NCBI RefSeq assembly: GCF_006345805.1
Contig: NC_043000.1
Location: 124,186,001 to 124,250,000, forward strand
Origin: Octopus sinensis
Taxonomy: Eukaryota
Reading direction: 5' to 3'
DNA: 64,000 nt
The position numbers were made by a program, and so were the translations under genes. Numbering within the stretch: position 1 is the first letter of the stretch; each line of letters starts with the position of its first letter. Below are positions 35,443-48,234 of this stretch, one piece after another. The notes beneath the pieces are model-generated. The model saw only the letters and a list, made by a program, of their open reading frames with translations, made no database searches and was not told the DNA's origin.

Positions 35443-38400
35443 TCATCAGATAGCACTGACATCAAGTGTAATTTGTTGGAATTCTCAAGAGCAATAGATC
35501 AGGTTGTACAGAAGCCATACTTCTGATCATTAAAGAGGGAGGGTGGAAAGTGAAATAGATGAACAAGATTGAAAGGATTGTCATTCTTGGAGACACACTG
35601 TGGTAAATTCCCAAAGATTGCAATAAATCCTACAGAATGAGACAAATTGAAGAGTTAGGTAAGGATAGAGACTAGATCTACTACACTGCACTGTTTAAAA
35701 AGAAATGAGATATTGCCAATGCTGAGGGCTTTGCTAGTTTGAAGCAGCAACTACAGATGTTTTTGTACTTGGTGAGTAAATTGTGATGGAACTGTTGGAG
35801 ACGGTAGAGAAGCCAACTTGTAGCAAAGACACTATCATGAGCTACAGGACCTTTCATGCTCCAAAACAGAGGTTAACAAGCAGTTGATGGACTTTCTTTT
35901 GAGTTAATGATTATCATCAATGCATTCTGGGTCCAGCTGGGGACTATTTAAAGCAAATTATTTGGCAAATTTCACCCAAATATGCTGTTATTAGGTTAAG
36001 ATAGACAGAAATCCATGAGTGGAATTTTACAGCCTGGATAAATTTCCAAGAATCATCACCCACCATTTTATGTTCATTCCCCATACTGGCATCAGGCCAT
36101 CATGGTCTGAGTCATTTCTTATTGAGATCCACTGTTCCCACTCATGAGTATCATTTGGCTTGGTTTCTATGGAATGGATGCCTTTCCAACCACCAGCCAC
36201 TTTACAGAAGGTACTGAATGCATTTTCTCATGACACCAATCCTAAAGAGATGAAACAAACTTTGGCAAGACAGGACTTAAAGGAACTGAAAGCCCTATGC
36301 TTTCTCTATGCGTTTACCAACCACTTTAAATGTGTGGTGAGTACATTGTATGTGGAACCAGCACGAGAGAGGTTGTCTTGCTCTGGAGGTAGTGTGATTT
36401 GTCAGCCTTTCATTGGGGCACCAGCAAGGGAGGTAGGGGTATTGTGCATAAGAAATGTGGAGAGTGCTCAGGAACCTAAGACATGTAGACCAAGGAGGGG
36501 AAATAGGGATGGAGAGAGAGAGATGAGTGACATATTTCTATTTTATAAGCCTTAATCTATTTTAGGGCTAAATAATTGATTTCAAGAAATGTTATTAAGC
36601 ATTTAAACAATAAACCATGCAAATAACTAAATTTACAAACATATTCAACTCATGCTAAGAAACAAATAAGGAAAAAAAAATTACCAGAAAATATTTATTT
36701 TTCATTTCATTTTTTTTTTTCATGTTTGTTAATATCCTTACTGTTAAGATTTGATAAATTATTTCACACACCAGTGAAAAAAAAAAAAAGGAAAAAAGGG
36801 GAAAAATTGCATCTCTATTTTGTTTTGACTAATATTTCTAATCAGCAATATTTACCAATGAGTCATTAATTAGCCCTAATGACTTCAGAGGAAGTAGATG
36901 TGATGTTCATGCTTTTACACTTTTAATGTGAGATGAATAGCTACAATAGAAAACTGAGTTAGACTCAGTTCAATCTGTTCTGAGTAATTTATTTAAATTA
37001 CTCAGTATTTCAAAACACGTGCTGTGAAAATATTTTGTTGCAGGTATTTTATCAAATGTTTTAGTTATTGATATAAGGAAGCAGCGAGCTGGCAGAATTG
37101 TTAGCATATCAGGCAAAATGTTTAATGGCATTTCTCCTGGCTCATTATGTTCTGAGTTCAACTCGAACCAAGGTCAACTTTATCTTTCATCCTTTTAGGA
37201 TTAATAAAACAAAGTAGGAGTCATTCACTGGGGTCAATGTAATCAACTTGCCGACTACCTTCAAAATTGTTGGTCTTGTGACAGAATTAGAAAGAATTAC
37301 TGATATAAGGAAGAAAAAAACCAAATTCAGATATACCATTAAACTAATCCAGTCTTGAAGTTTCTTAATTTCTAAGTTATGTTCTTAATCCATAACCCTC
37401 TAATGTCTGTCCAGCAGTATCATGGAGAAAGAGACAATTCTGAAAAATGAAACATATTCCAGAAGACTTTGCTTGAAATGTTGTGTTTAACTGTGACTCT
37501 TTAAAACAGGAAACATAAACTTATATGAAATCAGTAGAGAAGCAAACTGGTATTTAGCTCATCTCAGGTATTGCAGAAATTTATAATAAAACATAATAAT
37601 AATAATGAAATTATTGTATACAGTACTCAGGTGCACCACAACTTGTCAAAAGTGCGTATAAAGTATATGCAGTAATGTACAAATGTCTGGAAAGCGAACA
37701 GTGTATCTAAGCCTTGAGTGTAGAATAGCCACTTGTGATTTTATTAAGAGTAAATTAAGGCAAAAGTCCTTACAGAAGGTTAATACCATCTTCATTAAAA
37801 GTATAAAATTATGTACCTCAATGTCTAGGAAAGAAACTACGGATTTATACAGGTGGCAATTTGTAATACCAACATTTGTAATTATTTTACTGTGATTAAA
37901 ACAAGAATACAAGTGAATAGTTGGTAGGATTCCAATATTTATATCTACTATTTGATTTGTCTGTGAAAATGAATCTGATAAACTCAGACAGTAATTTTTT
38001 GCACTCTTCTCATTGCAAATAAAATGCAATGCTAATTTCAAGTGCAATGATTTGTAATTAATAAAAGACAGTAGAGGCAATAAAACTTTGTTCAATGAAT
38101 TACTTCAGTAACACGAGATATCTCATAGGCCTTACAAAATGTTGGATAATTCAATGGTAGATTCTAGCTGTTTTAATTATTTGAATGAAAGGCATGAAAT
38201 AAATTTCTAAGATCAGTATGAATATGGATACATAAAATCAAAAGCTGGAAATGTGTAATTGAACATAGCAAAATATACAACACAATTTATAGTTCAATTT
38301 TGTTTTATTGGTTACAATTACTTTTTCCATTAAAAAATAATTAACCCCACAGAGAAAATAATGGAGAGGGGAAATCAATAAGAGGGTTGGTGGAGCCATG

Positions 38401-40077
38401 ATATGCTGGAACATATACCATTGAAAGGCATCCTAAGGGAAATTGGTAGCAGACAGATCAATAGTCACAGAGCTTCTTAATACAGGAAAAAAAAAATGAA
38501 GTAAAATTGTTAAGAAAGACTAATTTGGGAAAGAAAAATGTCAAGGTAGGGAAAGGTAATGCTTCTTCCATTCTTATACACATATTCACTCTTTTGTTCT
38601 CTTTCTCTCATTTACTCTTCCCCCCCTCTCCACTTGTTAGTTGCCTACCTTTGATTATTATATTGTATGAAATATTTTTTTTTTGTCCATGGAATAAATT
38701 TTTTTTTATTAAAAAAAAATATATATACTTGCATTTGTCATCTCCATGTTAAAAGTTAATAGCTTTCTAAATATTTCTTGGAATTGACACAGACTGGGGG
38801 ACAGAGCAAGACTGCAACAGTTCAATGTGCATATAATGCAATATCGCACCATAACAAGGTATGTTCATCTACTAAGAACAGTTTAATAAAATAATAGAGA
38901 AATATTTGGAATGCAACTGGCCTCTGGATAAAACAAATGCAATATTTTAAAAGTATTTGTGCATTAGACACTCACCTTCCTTTCACAGATTCGCTAACAT
39001 TGCAACAAGCATTTTCTTCCACATTTAATGAAAAGGTTTTTCTTAGAAACTTGGTTGGAGAATATTACTAATCCCCTTATTGCTATTTTACAACATTCCT
39101 ACTACAAATGTAACAGTATTGTCTGTTGTATGTCCATATAACTACATTGGAGGCAGTGGGTGGGTTTTCAAAATTAACAGGGATAATTAATTCAGTTCAT
39201 GTCATGTCTAAATACTGATACATTATTGTTTAATGATCAAACTGAATGTAACGAGAGGGACGATAGTTTAGATATGGCTTGAACTAATTGTTTAAATTTT
39301 CGTTTTTACTTTATTAGACTTTGTAGCCAATGCTACTTCATTTAAAATTAACTAAATATCAACACACATGCAAATTTGTTAGTCATGGAAAATAATCAGG
39401 AGGTGGGAGATTTGTTTTAATTGCAATAATTAAAAAAAAAATAAATAAAGGTAGTATCAGTAGTTTTAAATCATTTGGTCGTTAATGTTTGTAACTAAAG
39501 AATCGACTAAATTACTCTTAGCTTTCACCATTGATATTTGTATAGTTACCACAAACCATCATTTTAATATTTTTCTCTTTTTTCCATGTTGGCAATGGGT
39601 TGGACGGGTTTGCAATACATTCTACCAAATATTTAAATAAGTTGATTTAGCATTGCAAATTGATATTATAACATTTAAATGAACAGCTCAGAACACAAAG
39701 CCAAATGTACCTCAGCATTGTAGACAAATAAAGTGGCTTTAAAAACAAAACCAAAAAGAAAAAAAAAATCCTATTATTTTATAGAATTATTTCTCAGCTA
39801 TAAAAAAGCAATATTTTGTAAAATTATGTTTCCTTTTGTGATATTTAATTCAAATGTTTAATTACCATCAACAGAACAGGAATACCAGAGTTAATAATTC
39901 TAAAATTTTTGTATTATTAGAGAGAGAGAGAGAGAGAGTTGATTGGGTGTTTACAATATTGAAACCATAGAGAAAATATAAAGCTATATAGGTCACATAT
40001 TATTATTATCATTATTATTATTATCATTATCATTATTGTTATTATATATATATATATATATATATATACATACATAC

Positions 40078-40112
<35 letters not shown>

Positions 40113-40751
40113 TCAAATAGCTCTCTATTAGAAAAGATATCCAAACTACATATGTACTGCAGATCAGAGAAGGCAGCTACAAAGATAAGGCAATGGTTTC
40201 ACAAATATTAAAAAGGATTTAAAATTCAGATTTAAATTTTAACAACGGTTTTTCTTTTTTTTTTTCATCTGTATTTTTCTTTTTTTTTTTGTAACCAGAA
40301 AATGATTGTAAATGGCTGTAAAGTTAGTAAAGATCCAGTACCGTTTTTTTTTTTTTTTTGTACTCTCAATAAGCAGATGTGCCAGCACTTTCATATCAAA
40401 ACGACACACGCACAGAACCACACATACAAACACATGTACATAGAGGTAGCTGTCAAAATAGATTTATAGAAGCCAAGCAATGTTCTATTGCTGTGTAGGG
40501 AAGATTAAGTCATCAACCAATAGTTCATACATTAAAGCCACCAAGCTTTAAACAAAGCGTGGTGTTTTCATTGAACCCCCTTTACAAACATTACAGAAAT
40601 AACTTCTGCAGCCGTAACTACATTGATACCAAAGAGTGCATGGGGGCATGTTTATAGCAAACAAAATGTTGTTTAAAACTTCATGTTGTTCCAAGTGTAA
40701 ACAACAACTCTGATTTGATTATATATATGTGTGTGTATATGATTATGTATA

Positions 40752-40803
<52 letters not shown>

Positions 40804-41119
40804 TTTATATATATATATATGTATGTGCCTATATGCATATATGTATATTATATATGCGCATACATATGCCTATACTGAATTTAGAAATGGGAGAAAAATG
40901 TGCTCAAAGCATATAGTAGAGTTTATTCATTGATTTGATACTAAGGCTTCTCTCTGTTGCTATTCTCAGTTTTCCTGTTTCCATTTTGTTACCATGAAAA
41001 ACAGAAATGGGTCACAGAAGTGATGGAATGAAGCCTTAACTTCAAATAAATGAATACACACATACACATATATATGCAATATGTATGTATATGTGTGTGC
41101 GTATACATATATACATACA

Positions 41120-41156
<37 letters not shown>

Positions 41157-41170
41157 TTTACAAGGGAAGA

Positions 41171-41262
41171 GTTGATAATGTCTTCGAAGTTTTGGCTTGC
41201 CATTATCAGACTGACTGTTTTGATGATGGGAAGTGAACTAAAACTTTGAAGTCACTATCAAC
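41171..41262. mobile_element. Inverted pair of decayed hammerhead-like motifs (probable Penelope-like element remnant)
   Basis: Minus copy: CTGATaA-TGGCAAGCC-aAAAC-TTCGAAGaC-ATTATCAAC. Plus copy: tTGATGA-TGGGAAGTGAACT-aAAAC-TTtGAAGTC-ACTATCAAC. The arms match at 21/25 nt. Confidence 0.5.
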
Positions 41263-41335
41263 CATTTTCTGGTAGAAATTAATATAATACTCTACAAAAA
41301 AAGTATTGAATGATCTCTCAATCTTATGTTCAGTG

Positions 41336-41389
<54 letters not shown>

Positions 41390-41464
41390 ATATAGATATA
41401 TATATATATATACACACATACACACGCACACATATATATGCATACATACACACTGTGTGTGTGT

Positions 41465-41725
41465 GTGTATGGTTAGGGTGTTGGGCTCACAATCATTAGG
41501 GCCTGGCTTTGATTCTTGAACTGGGTGGCTTGTTGTGACCTTGAGCAAGGCACTTTTCACGTTGATTTAGTCCACTCAGCTGAAAATGAGTGCCAACAGC
41601 AGCTGGGGGTGAGAGTAATCCTTCAATGAACTGGCATCCCTCCTGTTCAGTTGGAAATCCTGTATTCTATGTCACTTAAACGCATCAGAAACCAGGATAA
41701 GCTCCGGTTTAACAAACCTATAGGC
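41465..41725 (+). mobile_element. CORE-like SINE family D
   Basis: Truncated head ..GGTTAGGGTGTTGGGCTCACAATC.., CORE GTGACCTTGAGCAAGGCACTTT..CCACTCAGCTG. Confidence 0.8.
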
Positions 41726-41850
41726 TTAGAACAGACTACATATATATATTATATATATACATATATATATATATGAATATATATGCGTATAGATATATAT
41801 ATGGATGTATGTGTATATATATATAAAATCTTTATACATATGTATATACA

Positions 41851-41888
<38 letters not shown>

Positions 41889-42703
41889 CATACATTCACA
41901 CACAATTCTACATACATATACATGCACACACACAAGCATATACATGCATATGCACACACACACAGAGTATCATTGTAGTTATATTTTGCATGTTTTATTT
42001 CTTATACAAAGTAAAGAACCATAATGAATCAGGCTACTTTCTTTTTCACCTTGAAGAACAGAATTTATCAATTTATAAATTACTGCTACTGCAGCTGGTA
42101 CCACCACATTTCAATGTTTGCCTTTGTTTTATTAATTTTTGTTTGATTTTTTCTTCTGTTTGTTTACTTTTGTACACTTTAAAGTTGAAAGCAACTTATA
42201 ACAGGGGGAAAGAGTTTTGACTTTAGGAAATGCCCATTTATATAAGATGTCATATTCCTCCAATAAAGGTTGTGTTCCTCCATTATAAGAAGTTGTACTC
42301 CTCGAATAAAAGAAGTTGTATTCCTCCAATGCTGTACTCCTCCAGTATAAAATTTCAGAGTTTAACCCTACTTGAGAACCGAGATTTATTTCCACAATTC
42401 TGATTAGTGACAATGAATTTATTGTTAGCATTATTTAAAATGTTGCTGACCTAAATATTTCTAAAGAATTATAGGTAGTATGTCTTTTTGTCTTTTCAGG
42501 GGAGGAAAAGGGTTAAAAAAAACCCCATACAATTGCTGAACTGGATTAAAAATAAGTCACTGCAATATTTTTTTAAAATATGTGAATTGGTAGATGTTTT
42601 TTGCTTCTGTTTAAATAAGAGAAAAATGTAAGGACAGACGAATCATCTTTTAAATAGTTTTAGTACATCATAAAATAATATTCCTAACTTAATGTTCCAG
42701 ACA

Positions 42704-42745
<42 letters not shown>

Positions 42746-43088
42746 AAGACACTCTTGCTCCATATTCCATATCTGAATTCTGTAGATGTGTGTAGGTATG
42801 TAATAAATTTTACACTTTCTTTTGAACCAACAGTTTTTGAACCAGAAATTTTCATTTTCATATGACAGTCACATCTTCAGTTTTGTTTAGTTTCTTTGAG
42901 CTTGTTACAGCATGCAGGAATTGGACCCTGCTACACACACACACACATACAGGAATGCAGGCATATACACAGACAGGCACACACACATGCTTTTCACTTT
43001 TATTATAACTAATACAAAGTTTAGATTAAAATAAAAATGTTATTGATGAGAGTGTCATATGAAAAGTTCCTGCAGAAAATAAAACACA

Positions 43089-43094
<6 letters not shown>

Positions 43095-43153
<59 letters not shown>

Positions 43154-43165
43154 TGTGTGTGTGTA
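43095..43165. repeat. (GA)n followed by (GT)n microsatellite
   Basis: Direct reading. Confidence 0.95.
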
Positions 43166-43879
43166 TGTGGTAAGAGGGAAAATGAGTGGTGCACAAAGGT
43201 ATTTATGAAGAATTTTTCAAGTCTTTTATCTTGAAAAATAAAGAAAGATAAACTAATAAAACAAAATAATATCTACATAAGGTCTGTATATTTTAGTGAG
43301 TTTTAACAGCTGCAAATGATTTTTCTAGTTTGTAAGATAAATTTTAATTTTTTTAGTGCTTTTTAAATGTATGTAGAAATATATAAACATAAATACATAC
43401 TTTTGTACATACATAGATGATAGCACACATGAGACTGCGTGAATAACAGTTTTGTGTATGTTAATATCTGATAATTGTAACTAACGGTTTATAGCTAAGT
43501 TTTCATTGGACAGCGTTATCTTTGGTTAGACTTTTTCAAATAATTAGTTTCAATGAAAGGTGGGGGGGCAACAACAAACTAATAGATGATTTTTTTAAAA
43601 CTTGACATTACAACTCTGATTAACCTTAATTAGATATCTACACAAAATTAAATGAAAAGATGCTTTTAAGGTGATTGTTTTATTGATTGAAATGAGATAC
43701 CCCACACCAAAGAATTAAGTTTTGCATTGGGGATTATCTAAAAAGACTTCAAATATACTAGCGAAATTATTAATTTACAATCCAATGACAATATACTAAT
43801 CTGAGGAAATATGAAAATTTGAAAATTCAATGTAATTCTCAGCATCTAATACATGAAAAAGGATTTATATGTAATTTAA

Positions 43880-44064
43880 CCCTTCATTATTCATATTTGC
43901 CAAATGCAGTGAGCTGCCAGGTTCATGGCAGCAAATATTTGTGTGAACCAAGTACAACCACCATCACTAACAAACAAGAAATTATGTATTTTGTCTTACT
44001 GTCGTCATTGTCTTATAAACAGACCAACATTGCTTATACCATTAGTGTTGTGAATGCTAAAGGG
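43880..44064. mobile_element. TTAA-flanked (piggyBac-type) MITE
   Basis: TTAA-CCCTTCATTATTCA ... TGAATGCTAAAGGG-TTAA. Confidence 0.7.
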
Positions 44065-44959
44065 TTAAATTGTATGTGTGTGTGTCATTTAAGAATTTGA
44101 AAAATGATAGAAATTCTTATTAATATTATTTGTTAAGTATTTTACTGTGTCCTGGCCTAATTAAATACAAATCATTTGGAAGTGCAGGATTAATAATTTT
44201 GCTTCAGGGTATTCAAGGATTAGCATATTAGTAGAAATTTAGAAACAATTATAGTCAGAGAGAGAAAGGTAGATAGATAGATAGATAGAGAGAGAGTGAG
44301 AGAGAGAGAGAGAGAGTTAGTAGGATATAAGGATCAGAGACACTGAACACAGGGGACTATTGAACCCAGTGGTAAAAGTCGGAAAAAAAAATAATTTTAA
44401 AAAAATGGAAGTAATAATAATAATAATAATGATAATAATAAAAATAATAATGATGATAATAATAAATAAAGGCTAGATGCTGGGAATAGCTGTTTTGTTG
44501 TCATGAACATTTTTAAAAACACAGGATCAAGAAATAACACCACCATCCAGCAACCATCACCCAGATTTATCTAAGTGTTACTGTCCCAAACCACATCACA
44601 TGTCTATTCAAAATGTTCTGTACTGCTATTACAAGGAGGATTGAGGTGGGAAGGGGCTAATTGTTTTTTCTTTTTTGTTGTTGTTATTTTAACCATGAAT
44701 GTGTATGTGTGTATGCATGTATATATACATACACACAAACACACACACAATGTGTACATACATGTGTGTATGTGCGAAGTGTGTGAAGGCAAAACTTTCC
44801 TTACTATCATTATCATTATCACCACCATTATTATTATTATTTTTTATCTACTTTATATACTGCCAAATTATTTGGAAATTGTTCCCTGGATTTTTATCTG
44901 TTTGCATCAAAATGTTGTGCAAGATCAATGTATGTTTAAGCATTTCACTGCAATACCAG

Positions 44960-45072
44960 CGATAGTAGTCATAATAGTAATAATAGCAGTAGTAGTAGTA
45001 GTGGCTGCAACAGAGACCACTGCTGTCTTAGTGGCAGTAGCAGTAGTAGTAGTAGTAGAATTAGTAATGATG

Positions 45073-45115
<43 letters not shown>

Positions 45116-45170
45116 TTAACAACAAAACCAACAACAACAAAGTAGTAGTAGTAGTAGTAGTAGTTGTTAC
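44960..45170. repeat. Compound trinucleotide microsatellite (GTA)n(ATA)n(AAC)n
   Basis: Direct reading; about 0.5-0.7 kb downstream of the SOS stop. Confidence 0.95.
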
Positions 45171-45671
45171 AGCTGTGAGGTACTCCCGCTGTCTGGGCAG
45201 CAGTAAGTAGTAAGAGTAATTATTGTAAAAGATGACAGTGTTATATTTAACAGGAGTGACTGCAGCAGATGCGACCGTGCTATCGTGTCAGCAGTTGTAT
45301 TAATTAGCAGAGACAACAGTTTCGGCTGCGCCGTTCGTGTAACGGCAGCAGCAGCAGTAGTTTGTCCAGTGACAGCAGCCAGGAGAAGCAAGCAAGACTG
45401 GAACGATGGGGGCTGTTGAAAGTGTACGCTTGTGAAACAGCAAATTGTTTGTTCCAGATTTCCATAAAGATTTTGTTCTCTCTTCATCTGTCTGTGTATT
45501 ATTTTAAAACTGTTTCTTTTAAGTAGCATATTTCTGTTTCTTTTTTTGTTTGTTTGTTTGTTTGTTTGTTTGTTTTGTTATTTTTTTTTTTTTGTTTTAA
45601 TGGATCATTCCAAGGTGGTTTGGTTAGCAATCCAGCTCTTTCTTGACTCAATGGAGGGAAAAGAACTGGTA

Positions 45672-46117
45672 TCAATTTGAGCTGATTTGTTGCCAACTGG
45701 GTATATGTTTGTATGTCTTAGGAGGCAGTTCTGGAATAGTATTATCACCGTTAACATTGAAATCATTTGAACTGGTATAGTTCCGCTCGGAATTCCGCTC
45801 TGGAGGGGTGGTGTTGTAGTGGGGGTGGCTGTGTGGCCGAGACAAAGGCATGCTCTGTGCTAGTGTTAATGTCCCATAGCCCACATCCCTGCGAGGTGGA
45901 ACAGGTGGGGGTATGCTATCACGATTGTCCCTGGGAGGTAGAGAAGGTGGTTCAAGGGCCATTGATGAACTTGACTTATTAGGCACATAGTCCAAGATAG
46001 AAGACACAGAGTCTTTGCCTCGCTTTCTTGGAGGCAATGGAGGAGGCAGAATAGGTGGAATAGGTTCTTCTTGAGGAGAGTTCAAAGACATTATATTAAA
46101 AACTGGGTTGAGATTTC
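45672..46117 (-). CDS. SOS: Son of sevenless, last coding exon (Pro-rich tail, stop at 45672-45674)
   Basis: Class II SH3 (Grb2) motifs PPPLPPRKR, PPSLPPRD, PPPVPPRRD and PELPPK; acceptor tttgcag, phase-1 join. Confidence 0.92.
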
Positions 46118-46384
46118 CTGCAAAAAAACAGACAAACAATTAGTAGAAGGTTAGATACAGATTTACAAATTTTATTATAAAATCTGAGAAAAAGAAAAAA
46201 TGATCATGTGAACTGGACATCACAACATAAAGAAAAAGAATTATGATTTAACTCATCATCATCATTTTAATATCCACTTCTCCATGGTTGCATGAACCAG
46301 AAGGAGTTTATTAAGGCAAACTTTCTATTGCTGGATGCTCTTCCTGTTGCAAACCCTCACTTGTTTCCAAGTAGGGTAAAGAAC

Positions 46385-46692
46385 GTCTTTGGTCATGAAT
46401 GACCATGAGATTGCACCTAGAAAGTTCTCCTTTTTTTGAAAGACCAGCGGTCACCCATGCATACTAGTCTCCCCTCTCCATGCCCTGATATTGTCCAAGG
46501 GAAAGGCAAAGGGGCTGATACATCTTGGCACCAGTGACATCGCAACTCATTTTTGCCAACTATGTGAACTGGAGCAACATGAAATAAAACGTCTTGCTCA
46601 GGAATACAACACACAGCCCAGTCTGGGAATTGAACTCACAACCTCATGATTGTAAGCCCAACACTCTAACCATTAAGCCATGTGCCTTCACA
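46385..46692 (-). mobile_element. CORE-like SINE family D in the last SOS intron
   Basis: Same family as 6686-7022. Confidence 0.85.
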
Positions 46693-46974
46693 CGCATGGT
46701 GATATTTTTCTCATGCCAGGTATGTTTACACAAAGGCGGCGAGCTGGCAGAATCGTTAGCACGCCGGGCGAAATGCTTAGTGGTATTTTGTCTGCCACTA
46801 CATTCTGAGTTCAAATTCCGCTGAGGTCCACTTTGCCTGCTTTAGCCATTTCAATTATATTTGTTACAAAAGAATAATAACGAACAGTCTTAACCAATAA
46901 AACAAATTATGAAATGAAGCTAAAAAGAAACCAACATAAGATCACATAGAAATTAAAAAAAACTTCATGCACAC

Positions 46975-47206
46975 CTGAGACAGATAGTGAATTTGCAAAG
47001 CTGTAACTTCCATCTGTAGTTGTAGGGGTGAGTGGAGTGTTTGGTGTTGCTGGGGGAGTATGTTGTATCAATTCAGTGTCTTCTTCATTGACTCGCTGGT
47101 GGCCAAATGGAACAAAATTGAATGTATGACTGCGGGTTGTTGTGTTGTGACGGTTAGACTGCGGTTTGATTCCAGGAGATTTCAAATTAAAATCAGTTTT
47201 TCTTGG
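46975..47206 (-). CDS. SOS: SOS exon (PRKTDFNLKSPGIKP...TPPATPNTPLTP...SVS)
   Basis: LKSPG motif conserved in SOS; acceptor ttaaccag|CCA, donor CAG|GTGTGC phase 1. Confidence 0.85.
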
Positions 47207-47330
47207 CTGGTTAAAGAAAAAAAAAACAACATTTAAATTAAAGTGTATCACATACATTTTTATAGCAAACACACACAATCAGTAGTCTGGTTGATATAGA
47301 TGTATTGATATTTTAATATGAACAAACTTT

Positions 47331-47955
47331 AGGCGGTGAGCTGGCAGAAAAGTTAGCATGTCTGGTGAAATGCTTAGCCGTATTTCGTCTGCGTTACATG
47401 CTGAGTTCAAATTCTGCTGAGGTCGACTTTGCCTTTCATCCTTTCAGGGTCGATAAATTAAGTACCAGTTACGCACTAGGGTCGATGTAATCGACTTAAT
47501 TCGTTTGTCTGTCCTTGTTTGTCCCCTCTGTGGGTAGTAAAGAAATAGGTATTTTGTCTGTCTTTACGTTCTGAGTTCAAATTTGGCCGAGGTCGATTTT
47601 GCCTTTCATCCTTTCGGGGTCGATAAATTAAGTACCAGTTGCATACTGGGTCGATATAATCGATTGCCCCCTCCCCAAATTTCAGGCCTTGTGTCTAGAG
47701 TAGAAAAGAATATTTGTCGATGAAGCTGTCTATGATCCAACTCTAATGTATTCCAAGGTTTATTTGTCTTTCATACTCTTCCTTCTGTGGATTAATGACA
47801 AATGTACTTCTAACAATGCTCTTTCTCCAATCCAGAGGATACCATTCCCATTAGTAAGAGTTGATAAATTAAGTACCAGTTGTGTACTGGGGTCGATCTA
47901 ATTGACTGGCCCCTTCCCCCAAAATTTCAGGCCTTGTGCTTAGAGTAGAAAAGAA
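47331..47955 (+). mobile_element. Composite SINE A locus: head-tail2 unit, tail1 unit, 145-bp extension and truncated third unit
   Basis: Junction AAATAGGTATTTTGTC at ~47544; extension 47716-47860 matches the reverse complement of 35090-35235. Confidence 0.88.
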
Positions 47956-48234
47956 CATGAACAAACTTTTAGACACCCAACCAACAATTATAATATTCTT
48001 GGATTTAAGTCCATGGACTTGATGGCACATATGGATATGTAATTTTACTAGGTATTCATAGATGGTCATTCAACATATATCTGAAGTTAAAGTTGAATAT
48101 TCCAAGGCCTGTATTTTGGTAACATAATAATAATAATAAAAAAAGCAGTTGTGAATGCACTAAAGCTATTGTAAATCATATGCTTAAATAAAAATAATTT
48201 TAGTTATATGGTTTTGATCCACTTTTGTTTTCAA

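Noticed and set aside
36160-36555. 131-aa ORF
   Set aside because: It spans decayed repeat fragments and has no recognisable domain or splice-consistent partner exons.
44575-45210. 211-aa hydrophobic ORF
   Set aside because: It is a translation of trinucleotide and dinucleotide microsatellites.
45645-45674. Stop-codon read-through of SOS
   Set aside because: The context is TGA-TAC rather than a leaky TGA-CTA, and the next in-frame stop follows after 7 codons.
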